Shown here in pieces: positions 45,630 through 59,203 of a DNA stretch of 64,000 bases. Under the pieces are notes generated by a model. That model was given only the letters and a program-made list of their open reading frames with translations. It was not told where the DNA came from and searched no databases. A program made the position numbers and the translations under genes. How positions within the stretch are numbered: position 1 is the first letter of the stretch; each line of letters opens with the position of its first letter. The DNA comes from Escherichia coli (GTDB lineage Bacteria; Pseudomonadota; Gammaproteobacteria; Enterobacterales; Enterobacteriaceae), in assembly GCF_016026235.1 (NCBI RefSeq), contig NZ_CP065613.1; one strand, 5' to 3'.

Positions 45630-46109
45630 TTAAAAAACCCTTTCTTCCCAACAACTATATGATTCCGTACTCGCGATATGGTGCTTCCATGTTATATTTT
45701 TATAATTAAGAACAATAACCTCTTCCGGTTGATTACCCGCATGTGTAATTGAGTGTGGATAACAAGTCAGAATATTCGATAAATGTGCCCCTTGCAATTC
45801 AATTGTGTAAAACCTTTCAATACAACCGCCAGAATTAATTCTATAAAAATTAAATATAGCTGATAACTCTTCATTTTCAGAAAGAGCAGCATTTAATAAA
45901 GGGGAGGATTTATCTATTGGCTTGTAAAATTTTATGGGGTGATGCACTACATTATATTCTCGACTTAAAGAATGGTCGAACTGCAAAACAAAAATTTCAT
46001 CCACATGATTTATTTGATATTTATTACCAATAGATGCATACGAACCACAGCCCTCAGAGATCAAACCTTGTGTTTTCCCTTTAATTGATAAGTATATGAT
46101 ATTTGACAT
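45630..46109 (-). CDS. hcp: Hcp-family type VI secretion tube protein (orphan)
   Basis: 159 aa; alignable along its length to enterobacterial Hcp1, including the C-terminal NYKNITWKH...SYSCWEE block. Confidence 0.8.
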   Translation of the reverse strand: MSNIIYLSIKGKTQGLISEGCGSYASIGNKYQINHVDEIFVLQFDHSLSREYNVVHHPIKFYKPIDKSSPLLNAALSENEELSAIFNFYRINSGGCIERFYTIELQGAHLSNILTCYPHSITHAGNQPEEVIVLNYKNITWKHHIASTESYSCWEERVF

Positions 46110-46358
46110 ATATATTCTCCATGATTATTTTTTCCGAAAAGCTCCTGTATCATTTGCATAATACATCTCTCCTGTGGGAACTTATGGGAAGTTGATTTCA
46201 GTATTGTCATTTTCAGAAAATATTTATCCTGCATCGGTGAGTCAGAGCAAGATCAGACTTTTGCTAAATTCGCAAAAGACTTTGCACATTTTGCTAATTT
46301 CACCGTACCGCTCTGTGACGTACTATAGTCGGCAAACGTCTCACCTTGAGGTTAAAAA

Positions 46359-46940
46359 ATGAGCAACATCCTGATTATCAACGGCGCGAAAAAATTCGCC
46401 CACTCCAATGGTCAACTGAACGACACCCTGACCGAAGTCGCGGATGGCACACTGCGCGACCTCGGGCATGATGTCCGCATCGTTCGCGCCGACAGCGACT
46501 ACGATGTCAAAGCGGAAGTACAAAACTTTCTCTGGGCTGATGTGGTGATCTGGCAGATGCCAGGCTGGTGGATGGGCGCGCCGTGGACAGTGAAAAAATA
46601 TATTGATGATGTATTCACCGAAGGTCATGGAACGCTGTATGCCAGCGATGGCCGTACCCGCAAAGATCCGTCAAAAAAATACGGTTCCGGCGGCCTGGTA
46701 CAGGGCAAAAAATATATGCTTTCTCTGACCTGGAACGCACCAATGGAAGCCTTCACCGAAAAAGATCAATTCTTCCACGGCGTTGGCGTCGACGGTGTGT
46801 ATCTGCCGTTCCATAAAGCAAACCAATTCCTTGGCATGGAACCGCTGCCGACATTTATCGCTAATGACGTGATAAAAATGCCTGATGTTCCCCGCTATAC
46901 TGAAGAATATCGCAAGCATCTTGTGGAAATTTTTGGTTAA
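46359..46940 (+). CDS. mdaB: NADPH:quinone oxidoreductase
   Basis: 193 aa. Confidence 0.9.
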   Translation: MSNILIINGAKKFAHSNGQLNDTLTEVADGTLRDLGHDVRIVRADSDYDVKAEVQNFLWADVVIWQMPGWWMGAPWTVKKYIDDVFTEGHGTLYASDGRTRKDPSKKYGSGGLVQGKKYMLSLTWNAPMEAFTEKDQFFHGVGVDGVYLPFHKANQFLGMEPLPTFIANDVIKMPDVPRYTEEYRKHLVEIFG

Positions 46941-46970
46941 CTAGAGCTCAGGCTTTAGAAGGAGTTAACC

Positions 46971-47285
46971 ATGCTTACCGTAATCGCAGAAATCCGTACT
47001 CGTCCTGGTCAACATCACCGTCAGGCGGTATTGGATCAGTTTGCTAAAATCGTTCCAACCGTACTGAAAGAAGAAGGTTGCCACGGCTATGCGCCAATGG
47101 TGGATTGCGCTGCTGGCGTGAGTTTCCAGTCTATGGCACCGGATTCTATCGTGATGATTGAGCAGTGGGAAAGCATCGCGCATCTTGAAGCGCATCTGCA
47201 AACCCCGCACATGAAGGCGTATAGCGAAGCCGTAAAAGGTGACGTGCTGGAGATGAATATTCGTATTCTGCAGCCAGGGATTTAA
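46971..47285 (+). CDS. ygiN: quinol monooxygenase
   Basis: 104 aa. Confidence 0.85.
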   Translation: MLTVIAEIRTRPGQHHRQAVLDQFAKIVPTVLKEEGCHGYAPMVDCAAGVSFQSMAPDSIVMIEQWESIAHLEAHLQTPHMKAYSEAVKGDVLEMNIRILQPGI

Positions 47286-47332
47286 ACCTGCCTTGTTTGC
47301 CCGGCCATCCTGACCGGGCAATGTTCTTTCCT

Positions 47333-49228
<1,896 letters not shown>

Positions 49229-49253
49229 TTAAGTTAGCAATTCGAGTTGATCG

Positions 49254-49835
49254 TCAGAGATGGTGCAGACCAAGAAAATCGACGATCGGGTTGAAATAAT
49301 CTTCGAAGCCCGTGAATGCGTGGTTGCCGCCTTCTATGACAGTCTGGCGGCAGGAAGCGTAGTACGCCACCGCCTGGCGGTAATCCAGCACTTCATCTCC
49401 CGTCTGTTGCAGCAGCCAGATCAAATCCGGCGCTTCCAGCGGGTCAATCTGCATGACTTTGAGATCGTAAATATGGCGTGACTCTAGCACATATTGCTGC
49501 CCGGTGTAGGGGTTCTCGTTCTGACCGAGATAGTCCGTCAGCAGTTCAAACGGGCGCACCGCCGGGTTTACCACCACTGCGGGCAGCATAAAACATTGTG
49601 ACAACCAGGTGGCGTAATATCCCCCCAGTGACGAACCGACAATACCCAGCGAATCGCCGCCATGTTCCAGGACAATGGATTCCAGCAGCTCTGCCGCGTC
49701 GGAAGGATACGGCGGCAACTGCGGAATGATCATCTCAACGTCAGGGTGATGTTCCGCCAGCCAGTTTTTTAACAAGCTCGCTTTTGCAGAGCGCGGCGAG
49801 CTGTTGAAACCGTGTAAATAAAGAAGCGTAGACAT
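49254..49835 (-). CDS. yqiA: esterase
   Basis: 193 aa. Confidence 0.85.
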   Translation of the reverse strand: MSTLLYLHGFNSSPRSAKASLLKNWLAEHHPDVEMIIPQLPPYPSDAAELLESIVLEHGGDSLGIVGSSLGGYYATWLSQCFMLPAVVVNPAVRPFELLTDYLGQNENPYTGQQYVLESRHIYDLKVMQIDPLEAPDLIWLLQQTGDEVLDYRQAVAYYASCRQTVIEGGNHAFTGFEDYFNPIVDFLGLHHL

Positions 49836-50662
49836 CAGTAGCCTTCTGAAGCGGTATCAGGTTGGAAACGTGTGTCCGCCAGGCGATGCACCTCGGTGGT
49901 CAGCGTGCCATCAGCATGTAACTCGAGAGTACGCCAGCCGGGCGCGATAGTATCCAGCGTAAAGTTGGAACAGTGCGGCTTAAACTGCACACAGGTCGAC
50001 GGCGTTGCCAGCAGGCGGCGACCGTTCCAGTCGAGATCCAGCTCCTGATGAATATGACCGCACAGCAAGTATTTGACGTGCGGAAACTTCGCCAGCACGG
50101 TATCCAGTTCGCCCGCGTTACGCAGACTGTGTTGATCGAGCCAACTACAACCCGCAGGTAGCGGATGATGATGCAGCAGCAGCAACGTATGGCGTTCTGG
50201 CGCATCGGCCAGTTTACGTTCCAGCCACTCAAGCTGAAACTCGCTCAGCTCACCGTGCGGCACGCCAAACACCTGGCTATCCAGCAACAGGATTTGCCAT
50301 TGCTCACCAATAAACACGCGCTTCGCCGGGGAGATACCCGCATCCTGTAACGCGCTGTACATCGCGGGCTGGAAATCGTGGTTGCCCGGCAGCCAGACGC
50401 AGGGCGCACGAAAACTTGCGATGCCTTCAGCGAAATGCTGATAGGCCGCAGAGGATTGATCCTGCGCTAAATCACCTGTCGCGACAATCAGGTCGAATTC
50501 GTGCTGGTGTGGACGAATCGCCTCCAGCACCGCCTGGTAGCTTTCCCAGGTGTTTACCCCTAACAGGGCTTCGTGCTTTTGTGCAAACAGGTGAGTATCG
50601 GTAATTTGTAAAATCCTGACTCTGGCCTCACCAGCCAGAGGAAGGGTTAACAGGCTTTCCAA
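49835..50662 (-). CDS. cpdA: cAMP phosphodiesterase
   Basis: 275 aa; metallophosphoesterase motifs. Confidence 0.9.
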   Translation of the reverse strand: MESLLTLPLAGEARVRILQITDTHLFAQKHEALLGVNTWESYQAVLEAIRPHQHEFDLIVATGDLAQDQSSAAYQHFAEGIASFRAPCVWLPGNHDFQPAMYSALQDAGISPAKRVFIGEQWQILLLDSQVFGVPHGELSEFQLEWLERKLADAPERHTLLLLHHHPLPAGCSWLDQHSLRNAGELDTVLAKFPHVKYLLCGHIHQELDLDWNGRRLLATPSTCVQFKPHCSNFTLDTIAPGWRTLELHADGTLTTEVHRLADTRFQPDTASEGY

Positions 50663-50686
50663 ATGGTGTCCTTAGGTTTCACGACG

Positions 50687-51109
50687 CTAGTAAACCGGAA
50701 TCGCCATCGCTCCATGTGCTAAACAGTATCGCAACCAGTCCGCTAAAAACTGGTTAATTTGATGCTTTTCGTCGCGTTGATGCAACTTTTTATTAGGATA
50801 ATCATACCGCGCTTTGAAGCGAAAAATCTGCTGGCTTGAACACACTTCAGCCACCATCGCGTCATGATACAGACGCACCGTCATTGACGGAAGGCTCCAG
50901 TAACTGATCGCGGGCGCAGTCTGTTCTATTGTCACCAGGGTAGTGTATCGGGTCGATTCCACAATCGTCAGCCGATATTGTGCGTTTGCCACCTGATAGC
51001 TTACAGTTTCGCCGGGTGCGTCATTGCGCGGTAACAAACGGCGCAATTGTGAAAAGTTCATCTCGCACAGGCGCATCATTTCAGGAAAGTCAGGTGTGTA
51101 ACGCTTCAT
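50687..51109 (-). CDS. yqiB: DUF1249 protein
   Basis: 140 aa. Confidence 0.8.
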
Positions 51110-51739
51110 TTATACCCACTCATTTTTTAACGCTTGATGATGCAGCTGCAGCCATTGCAAAGCGATGACCGACGCTGCGTTGTCGATTTTCCCCTCTTCT
51201 ACCCACTGGTATGCCTGTTCCCGGCTTACCACATGAACGCGAATATCTTCGTTTTCATCAGCCAGACCGTGAATACCGCTTGCGGTTGTGGCGTCCACTT
51301 CGCCCACCATAATTGACGAACGCTCACTGGTGCCCCCCGGGCTTGCCAGGAAACTTAACACCGGTTTGGTCCGTTTGACTATCAGCCCCGCCTCTTCAAT
51401 CGCTTCGCGACGGGCAACATCTTCCACACTTTCACCCTCTTCAATCATCCCGGCAACCATCTCCAGTAGCCAGGGGGTTTCGCTGGTGTCGTACGCGGCA
51501 ATCCGAATCTGCTCAATCAGCACAACTTCATCACGCACTGGGTCAAAGGGTAGCAAGACTGCGGCGTGACCGCGCTCAAAAATTTCCCGCCGTACCTCAT
51601 GACTCATTTGCCCGTTGAATAGACGATGACGAAATCTATAAAGATCTAATGAAAAAAAGCCGCGATAAAGTGTTTCTCGTGCAATAATTTCTACATCGTT
51701 TTTGCCAAATGTAACGGGCAGGTTGTCTGGCTTAAGCAT
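51110..51739 (-). CDS. nudF: ADP-ribose pyrophosphatase (Nudix)
   Basis: 209 aa; Nudix box. Confidence 0.9.
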
Positions 51740-51943
51740 TGTTAATGTCCTGGCACTAATAGTGAATTAAATGTGAATTTCAGCGACGTTTGACTGCCGT
51801 TTGAGCAGTCATGTGTTAAATTGAGGCACATTAACGCCCTATGGCACGTAACGCCAACCTTTTGCGGTAGCGGCTTCTGCTAGAATCCGCAATAATTTTA
51901 CAGTTTGATCGCGCTAAATACTGCTTCACCACAAGGAATGCAA

Positions 51944-53425
51944 ATGAAGAAATTGCTCCCCATTCTTATCGGCCTGAGCCTTTCTGGGTTCAGTTCGTTG
52001 AGCCAGGCCGAGAACCTGATGCAAGTTTATCAGCAAGCACGCCTTAGTAACCCGGAATTGCGTAAGTCTGCCGCCGATCGTGATGCTGCCTTTGAAAAAA
52101 TTAATGAAGCGCGCAGTCCATTACTGCCACAGCTAGGTTTAGGTGCAGATTACACCTATAGCAATGGCTACCGCGACGCGAACGGCATCAACTCTAACGC
52201 GACCAGTGCGTCCCTGCAGTTAACTCAATCCATTTTTGATATGTCGAAATGGCGTGCGTTAACGCTGCAGGAAAAAGCAGCAGGGATTCAGGACGTCACA
52301 TATCAGACCGATCAGCAAACCTTGATCCTCAACACCGCGACCGCTTATTTCAACGTGTTGAATGCTATTGACGTTCTTTCCTATACACAGGCGCAAAAAG
52401 AAGCGATCTACCGTCAATTAGATCAAACCACCCAACGTTTTAACGTGGGCCTGGTAGCGATCACCGACGTGCAGAACGCCCGCGCGCAGTACGATACCGT
52501 GCTGGCGAACGAAGTGACCGCACGTAATAACCTTGATAACGCGGTAGAGCAGCTGCGCCAGATCACCGGTAACTACTATCCGGAACTGGCGGCGCTGAAT
52601 GTCGAAAACTTTAAAACCGACAAACCACAGCCGGTTAACGCGCTGCTGAAAGAAGCCGAAAAACGCAACCTGTCGCTGTTACAGGCACGCTTGAGCCAGG
52701 ACCTGGCGCGCGAGCAAATTCGCCAGGCGCAGGATGGTCACTTACCGACGCTGGATTTAACGGCTTCTACCGGGATTTCTGACACCTCTTATAGCGGTTC
52801 GAAAACCCGTGGTACCGCTGGTACCCAGTATGACGATAGCAATATGGGCCAGAACAAAGTTGGCCTGAGCTTCTCGCTGCCGATTTATCAGGGCGGAATG
52901 GTTAACTCGCAGGTGAAACAGGCACAGTACAACTTTGTTGGTGCCAGCGAGCAACTGGAAAGCGCGCATCGTAGCGTCGTGCAAACCGTACGTTCCTCCT
53001 TCAACAACATTAATGCTTCTATCAGTAGTATTAACGCCTACAAACAAGCCGTAGTTTCCGCTCAAAGCTCATTAGACGCGATGGAAGCGGGCTACTCGGT
53101 CGGTACGCGTACCATTGTTGATGTGTTGGATGCGACCACCACGCTGTACAACGCCAAGCAAGAGCTGGCGAATGCGCGTTATAACTACCTGATTAATCAG
53201 CTGAATATTAAGTCAGCCCTGGGTACGTTGAACGAGCAGGATCTGCTGGCACTGAACAATGCGCTGAGCAAACCGGTTTCCACTAATCCGGAAAACGTTG
53301 CCCCGCAAACGCCGGAACAGAATGCTATTGCTGATGGTTATGCGCCTGATAGCCCGGCACCCGTCGTTCAGCAAACATCCGCACGCACTACCACCAGTAA
53401 CGGTCATAACCCTTTCCGTAACTGA
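51944..53425 (+). CDS. tolC: outer-membrane efflux channel
   Basis: 493 aa from MKKLLPILIGLSL with signal peptide. Confidence 0.95.
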   Translation: MKKLLPILIGLSLSGFSSLSQAENLMQVYQQARLSNPELRKSAADRDAAFEKINEARSPLLPQLGLGADYTYSNGYRDANGINSNATSASLQLTQSIFDMSKWRALTLQEKAAGIQDVTYQTDQQTLILNTATAYFNVLNAIDVLSYTQAQKEAIYRQLDQTTQRFNVGLVAITDVQNARAQYDTVLANEVTARNNLDNAVEQLRQITGNYYPELAALNVENFKTDKPQPVNALLKEAEKRNLSLLQARLSQDLAREQIRQAQDGHLPTLDLTASTGISDTSYSGSKTRGTAGTQYDDSNMGQNKVGLSFSLPIYQGGMVNSQVKQAQYNFVGASEQLESAHRSVVQTVRSSFNNINASISSINAYKQAVVSAQSSLDAMEAGYSVGTRTIVDVLDATTTLYNAKQELANARYNYLINQLNIKSALGTLNEQDLLALNNALSKPVSTNPENVAPQTPEQNAIADGYAPDSPAPVVQQTSARTTTSNGHNPFRN

Positions 53426-53432
53426 TGACGAC

Positions 53433-53452
53433 GACGGGGCTTCGGCCCCGTC
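53433..53452 (+). terminator. stable hairpin just downstream of tolC (possible partial terminator)
   Basis: gacggggc-ttcg-gccccgtc; no U-tract. Confidence 0.35.
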
Positions 53453-53572
53453 TGAACGTAAGGCAACGTAAAGATACGGGTTATCTGCCGCATTCTTCCC
53501 CCTTCTCGCTTCAATTTCGACCAGCCATCCTCTATTCTGATGGGTATTTACCACTGGTCCCGGAAGACAAAA

Positions 53573-54244
53573 ATGAAACGGACAAAATCCATACGCCACG
53601 CATCGTTCCGCAAAAACTGGAGCGCACGCCATCTGACACCAGTCGCTCTCGCGGTTGCCACTGTTTTTATGCTGGCTGGCTGTGAAAAGAGTGATGAAAC
53701 AGTGTCTCTCTATCAAAATGCTGACGACTGTTCAGCTGCAAACCCAGGCAAAAGCGCCGAATGTACCACCGCGTACAACAATGCGCTGAAAGAAGCCGAA
53801 CGTACTGCGCCGAAATACGCCACCCGTGAAGACTGTGTTGCTGAATTTGGTGAAGGTCAGTGCCAGCAAGCACCAGCCCAGGCTGGCATGGCACCAGAAA
53901 ACCAGGCGCAGGCCCAGCAATCCAGCGGGAGTTTCTGGATGCCGCTGATGGCCGGTTACATGATGGGTCGTCTGATGGGCGGCGGTGCGGGATTTGCACA
54001 GCAGCCGCTGTTCTCCTCGAAAAACCCAGCCAGCCCGGCTTACGGTAAATATACCGACGCGACGGGTAAAAACTATGGCGCAGCCCAGCCAGGCCGCACC
54101 ATGACCGTACCGAAGACAGCCATGGCACCAAAACCGGCGACCACCACTACCGTTACCCGTGGCGGTTTTGGTGAATCTGTTGCCAAACAAAGCACTATGC
54201 AGCGTAGCGCAACCGGTACCTCTTCTCGTTCAATGGGTGGCTGA
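53573..54244 (+). CDS. ygiB: DUF1190 lipoprotein-like protein
   Basis: 223 aa from MKRTKSIRH. Confidence 0.8.
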
Positions 54245-54249
54245 TACCG

Positions 54250-55410
54250 ATGGAAAGAGTCAGTATTACCGAGCGCCCGGACTGGCGTGAGAAAGCCCAC
54301 GAATACGGTTTCAATTTTCACACCATGTACGGCGAGCCGTACTGGTGTGAAGATGCTTACTACAAGTTGACCCTCGCCCAGGTTGAAAAGCTGGAAGAAG
54401 TCACCGCCGAACTGCACCAGATGTGCCTGAAAGTGGTGGAAAAAGTGATCGCCAGCGATGAGCTGATGACCAAATTCCGCATTCCAAAACACACCTGGAG
54501 TTTTGTGCGCCAGTCATGGCTGACGCACCAGCCATCGCTTTATTCGCGTCTTGATCTGGCGTGGGATGGCACTGGCGAACCTAAACTTCTGGAAAATAAC
54601 GCCGATACGCCAACGTCACTATACGAGGCGGCGTTCTTTCAGTGGATCTGGCTGGAAGATCAGCTTAACGCCGGTAACTTGCCGGAGGGCAGCGACCAGT
54701 TTAACAGTCTGCAAGAAAAACTGATCGATCGCTTCGTTGAGCTGCGTGAACAGTATGGCTTCCAGTTGCTGCATCTCACCTGCTGTCGCGACACAGTGGA
54801 AGATCGCGGAACCATTCAGTATTTGCAGGACTGCGCAACGGAAGCTGAAATTGCTACTGAGTTCCTCTACATCGATGATATCGGGTTAGGTGAAAAAGGT
54901 CAGTTCACGGATTTACAGGATCAGGTAATTTCCAACCTGTTCAAGCTGTATCCGTGGGAATTTATGTTGCGTGAGATGTTTTCCACCAAGCTGGAGGATG
55001 CAGGCGTACGCTGGCTGGAACCGGCCTGGAAGAGCATTATCTCCAACAAGGCACTTCTACCGCTGTTGTGGGAGATGTTCCCGAATCACCCGAACCTGCT
55101 GCCCGCTTATTTTGCGGAAGATGATCATCCGCAAATGGAAAAATATGTGGTTAAACCGATCTTCTCCCGTGAAGGCGCAAACGTATCGATCATTGAGAAC
55201 GGCAAAACCATTGAAGCAGCGGAAGGTCCGTATGGCGAAGAAGGGATGATTGTTCAGCAATTCCACCCGTTACCGAAATTCGGCGACAGCTATATGCTGA
55301 TTGGTAGCTGGCTGGTGAACGATCAACCTGCCGGAATTGGCATTCGTGAAGACCGTGCATTGATCACCCAGGATATGTCTCGGTTTTATCCACATATTTT
55401 TGTTGAATAA
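54250..55410 (+). CDS. ygiC: glutathionylspermidine-synthase-like ATP-grasp protein
   Basis: 386 aa; paralogous to the Gss synthetase domain. Confidence 0.85.
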
Positions 55411-55447
55411 TCAATGATACCGGATGGCATTCGCCATCCGGTAATTG

Positions 55448-56236
55448 TTAACCTACCTGCACCGACAGCATACTCAGGCTGCCCATTTCTATACCCTCAA
55501 CCGGAATGGTAATTGGCTCCTGCCCATCCCACGCACCTAACACATACAACAACGGCAGATAATGCTCTGGCGTTGGGTTCGATAACGCGCCACCTTCATG
55601 GTCGAGGTAATTCACCAGAGGATGTTGTTCCACTGGCCCTTGCCACGTCAGATTCGCTTTCACATACTCATTAAACGACGTCGCCCACGGATACGGTGAA
55701 CTATCACCGTGCCACTTCACTGTGCGCAGGTTATGCACCACGTTACCGCTGGCGACCAACATTATTCCTTCATCTCGCAGCGCTGCCAGTTTGCGCCCCA
55801 TTTCGAAATGCCAAGCGGCAGGTTTGCTACTGTCGATACTCAACTGCACCATCGGGATATCCGCGTCAGGATACATCTTAATCAGCACGCCCCAGGAACC
55901 GTGGTCAAAGCCCCAGGCTTCTTTATCCAGCGTCACCGGGATCGGCGCTAACAGCTCAACCAGACGCTGTGCCAGCGCAGGCGAACCCGGAGCAGGATAA
56001 TGCGTATCGTACAGCGCCTGCGGGAAGCCACCAAAGTCATGAATCGTGGGCGGCGTCTCCATCGCGGTCACTCCTGTTCCACGGGTAAACCAGTGAGCCG
56101 AAACCACCACAATCGCTTGCGGGCGTGGCAATGTCATCCCCAACTTCTGCCAGCTGCGGGTATACAAATTATCTTCCAGCACGTTCATCGGACTACCGTG
56201 ACCTAAAAACAATGCTGGCATACGTGTTGAAGACAT
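55448..56236 (-). CDS. ygiD: 4,5-DOPA dioxygenase extradiol-like protein
   Basis: 262 aa from MSSTRMPALFLGHGSP. Confidence 0.85.
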   Translation of the reverse strand: MSSTRMPALFLGHGSPMNVLEDNLYTRSWQKLGMTLPRPQAIVVVSAHWFTRGTGVTAMETPPTIHDFGGFPQALYDTHYPAPGSPALAQRLVELLAPIPVTLDKEAWGFDHGSWGVLIKMYPDADIPMVQLSIDSSKPAAWHFEMGRKLAALRDEGIMLVASGNVVHNLRTVKWHGDSSPYPWATSFNEYVKANLTWQGPVEQHPLVNYLDHEGGALSNPTPEHYLPLLYVLGAWDGQEPITIPVEGIEMGSLSMLSVQVG

Positions 56237-56378
56237 GATGATATCCTTAACTAAAGGTGTCATTTTGATATCCTCACAATACGCTTGTTCGGCGGAGTAA
56301 GAACCCGGATAACAATGATGATGATCATCAGTTATTTTGACGATCTGCCTGAAGGTGAAGATTTATAAGGAGTTGTCG

Positions 56379-57152
56379 ATGTCAGTACCTCTCATTCTGA
56401 CCATACTGGCGGGGGCAGCCACGTTTATTGGCGCGTTTCTCGGCGTTCTCGGGCAAAAACCCTCGAACCGCTTACTGGCGTTTTCGCTAGGATTTGCGGC
56501 GGGGATCATGTTGCTCATCTCATTAATGGAAATGCTTCCTGCCGCACTAGCTGCTGAAGGAATGTCGCCTGTGTTGGGTTATGGAATGTTTATCTTCGGT
56601 CTGCTTGGCTATTTTGGCCTGGACCGCATGTTGCCGCATGCGCATCCGCAGGATTTAATGCAAAAATCGGTGCAGCCGTTGCCAAAATCGATCAAGCGCA
56701 CAGCCATACTGCTCACTCTCGGCATCAGTCTGCATAACTTCCCGGAAGGGATTGCCACCTTTGTCACGGCGAGCAGCAACCTGGAGCTAGGCTTTGGCAT
56801 CGCCCTGGCCGTAGCGTTGCACAATATTCCTGAAGGTCTGGCGGTTGCAGGCCCGGTTTACGCGGCAACGGGGTCTAAACGCACGGCAATTCTGTGGGCG
56901 GGGATTTCTGGACTAGCAGAAATTCTTGGTGGTGTGCTGGCGTGGTTAATCCTCGGTAGCATGATTTCCCCGGTGGTCATGGCGGCAATCATGGCGGCGG
57001 TTGCAGGAATTATGGTGGCGCTCTCGGTTGATGAATTAATGCCGCTCGCCAAAGAGATTGACCCTAATAATAACCCCAGCTATGGCGTACTATGTGGAAT
57101 GTCAGTGATGGGATTCAGTTTAGTGCTGCTACAAACGGCGGGAATTGGTTAA
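56379..57152 (+). CDS. zupT: ZIP-family zinc transporter
   Basis: 257 aa from MSVPLILT. Confidence 0.9.
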
Positions 57153-57209
57153 AAGCAACATCAGAAGTTGTCCAGCGCATGGACAACTTCTGCTAGCTTC
57201 ACTAAAGCC

Positions 57210-57380
57210 TTATTCTACCTTTTCGGCTGTCTCTTCTCTCGTACTGTTTAAGTATTTGTTCCGCGCTTCAAGCAGTGCGTCTCTGTCCTGGCGAAACGCC
57301 CGACAATAACGTTTCAAATGCAGGAAATAACCCACCACAACCAGAACAATCAATACAATCCAGTACCAGGCGATAAACAT
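57210..57380 (-). CDS. small single-TM membrane protein
   Basis: short ORF with hydrophobic N-terminus; start uncertain. Confidence 0.35.
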   Translation of the reverse strand: MFIAWYWIVLIVLVVVGYFLHLKRYCRAFRQDRDALLEARNKYLNSTREETAEKVE

Positions 57381-57571
57381 CCTTTTACCCTTAATATTTA
57401 ACAATACTAAACATTTAGCGCATAAATTTCACATATCCTTTTTCGGATATATTCATATGGTCGCATAATAACGGAACAATTATATGATTTTGATCATAAT
57501 GAAAAAGAATGCCTGATATTAATGAAATTTTCTCATAGAAAGAGAAGCGGAATTAACATCTTGCATAGCAG

Positions 57572-57609
57572 GGAAAAATAAAAACCGAAGCCTGCTACAA
57601 CTTCGGTTT
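57572..57609 (-). terminator. rho-independent terminator of ribB
   Basis: aaaccgaag / cttcggttt hairpin with U-run on the minus strand. Confidence 0.6.
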
Positions 57610-57641
57610 CTTGATTAAGGCAGTAAATTAAGCAGCGGTTT

Positions 57642-58295
57642 TCAGCTGGCTTTACGCTCATGTGCCTGACGGTATGCCACCAAGTCTTCAATAGTCACGA
57701 GTGCCATATTGTGTTTATTGGCAAACTCAATGCACTCTGGTGCACGCGCCATCGTGCCATCGTCATTAGTCAGCTCACACAGCACACCAGCCGGTTTAAA
57801 GCCTGCCAGCGTCATTAGATCAATAGTTGCTTCAGTATGACCGCCACGCGTCAGTACACCACCAGCCTGAGCGCGGAGTGGGAAAACGTGGCCCGGGCGA
57901 TTCAGATCAGAAGGTTTTGCGCCATCGGCAATCGCTGCGCGAACGGTCGTAATACGGTCAGCGGCAGAAACACCGGTAGTCACACCTTCAGCCGCTTCAA
58001 TGGTCACGGTAAAACCGGTGCCATAGGCGCTGGTGTTATTTTCTACCATCATTGGCAGATCGAGTTGTTTACGGCGATCTTCAGTAATGCACAGGCAAAC
58101 AATACCGCTACCGTGGCGAATGGTCAGCGCCATCTGCTCAACGGTCATGGTTTCTGCCGGGAAGATCATATCACCTTCGTTTTCACGGTCTTCATCATCA
58201 AGCACCATTACACCGCGTCCTTCACGCAGCGCAGCCAGTGCATTTTCAACACGTTCGAAAGGCGTACCAAAAGAGGAAAGTAGCGTCTGATTCAT
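57642..58295 (-). CDS. ribB: 3,4-dihydroxy-2-butanone-4-phosphate synthase
   Basis: 217 aa. Confidence 0.95.
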   Translation of the reverse strand: MNQTLLSSFGTPFERVENALAALREGRGVMVLDDEDRENEGDMIFPAETMTVEQMALTIRHGSGIVCLCITEDRRKQLDLPMMVENNTSAYGTGFTVTIEAAEGVTTGVSAADRITTVRAAIADGAKPSDLNRPGHVFPLRAQAGGVLTRGGHTEATIDLMTLAGFKPAGVLCELTNDDGTMARAPECIEFANKHNMALVTIEDLVAYRQAHERKAS

Positions 58296-58319
58296 GGTAA
58301 AAAAACCTCACTAAAATTA

Positions 58320-58560
58320 TGGTTACCAGAATCAGGGCAGTCTTAGGAGTGGCGGCATATAGCCAAAATAACGTGAGCGGGTCCATGCCCGACAGAATCG
58401 TTACTCTCTCCCATCCGGACTCTAACCGTCGGCCCCGGAATTACACCGGATCTGCTGTCCTTTGAGTTCGCACCCAAAGCGCTCGCGGGCTTTCAACTGA
58501 GTTGATTTACCGCCGGTGGGGAATTTCGCCCCGCCCTGAGAATAAGCGGATTCACTATAA
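58320..58560 (-). promoter_or_regulatory. FMN riboswitch (RFN element) in the ribB leader
   Basis: long structured 5' leader; minus-strand sequence contains ggggccgacggttagagtccggatgggagag, matching conserved RFN core segments; boundaries approximate. Confidence 0.6.
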
Positions 58561-58668
58561 CGCTAATGATTAGCGGCAGCAACGCATAGCTTCACATAAT
58601 TCTGGTTTATGACTTACCCTTATCGCACTACAATGGCACTCAACACCTATCAGTACAGGGAAACTACA

Positions 58669-58968
58669 ATGATTGACCCGAAAAAAATTGAGCAAATCGC
58701 TCGCCAGGTTCACGAATCAATGCCTAAAGGAATCAGGGAGTTCGGGGAAGATGTGGAGAAAAAAATCCGCCAAACCCTACAAGCGCAGCTGACGCGTCTC
58801 GATCTGGTGAGCCGCGAAGAATTCGACGTACAGACGCAAGTCCTGTTACAGACTCGTGAAAAACTGGCGTTACTGGAGCAGCGCATCAGTGAACTGGAGG
58901 CGCGCAATAATTCGGTAGCAGATCTTCAATCTCCTCCGGCTATCCCGCCTATTGATAAAGCAGAATAA
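58669..58968 (+). CDS. ubiK: ubiquinone biosynthesis accessory factor (coiled-coil)
   Basis: 99 aa from [13 protein letters not shown]. Confidence 0.8.
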   Translation: MIDPKKIEQIARQVHESMPKGIREFGEDVEKKIRQTLQAQLTRLDLVSREEFDVQTQVLLQTREKLALLEQRISELEARNNSVADLQSPPAIPPIDKAE

Positions 58969-58980
58969 AGCAACACAAAA

Positions 58981-58998
58981 ACGGGCCAGACGGCCCGT
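58981..58998. terminator. bidirectional stem-loop between ubiK and glgS
   Basis: acgggcc-aga-cggcccgt. Confidence 0.45.
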
Positions 58999-59002
58999 AA
59001 TA

Positions 59003-59203
59003 TCAGTGTTCTAATTCAAGTTCTCTGGTTTGCATCATCTGTTGGCAATACCAGGCATAACGTGCGCAAAACCAGGTTCTATGTTCTTCATCCATGTTAC
59101 CAGTAACGGCCAGAATATCGACCGGGCGACCTTCTGCGTGCATTCTGGCAAAACTACGCGCCAGGAAATCGAAATTATTTAAAGAATTAAGACTATGATC
59201 CAT
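59003..59203 (-). CDS. glgS: glycogen synthesis / surface composition regulator
   Basis: 66 aa from [18 protein letters not shown]. Confidence 0.85.
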
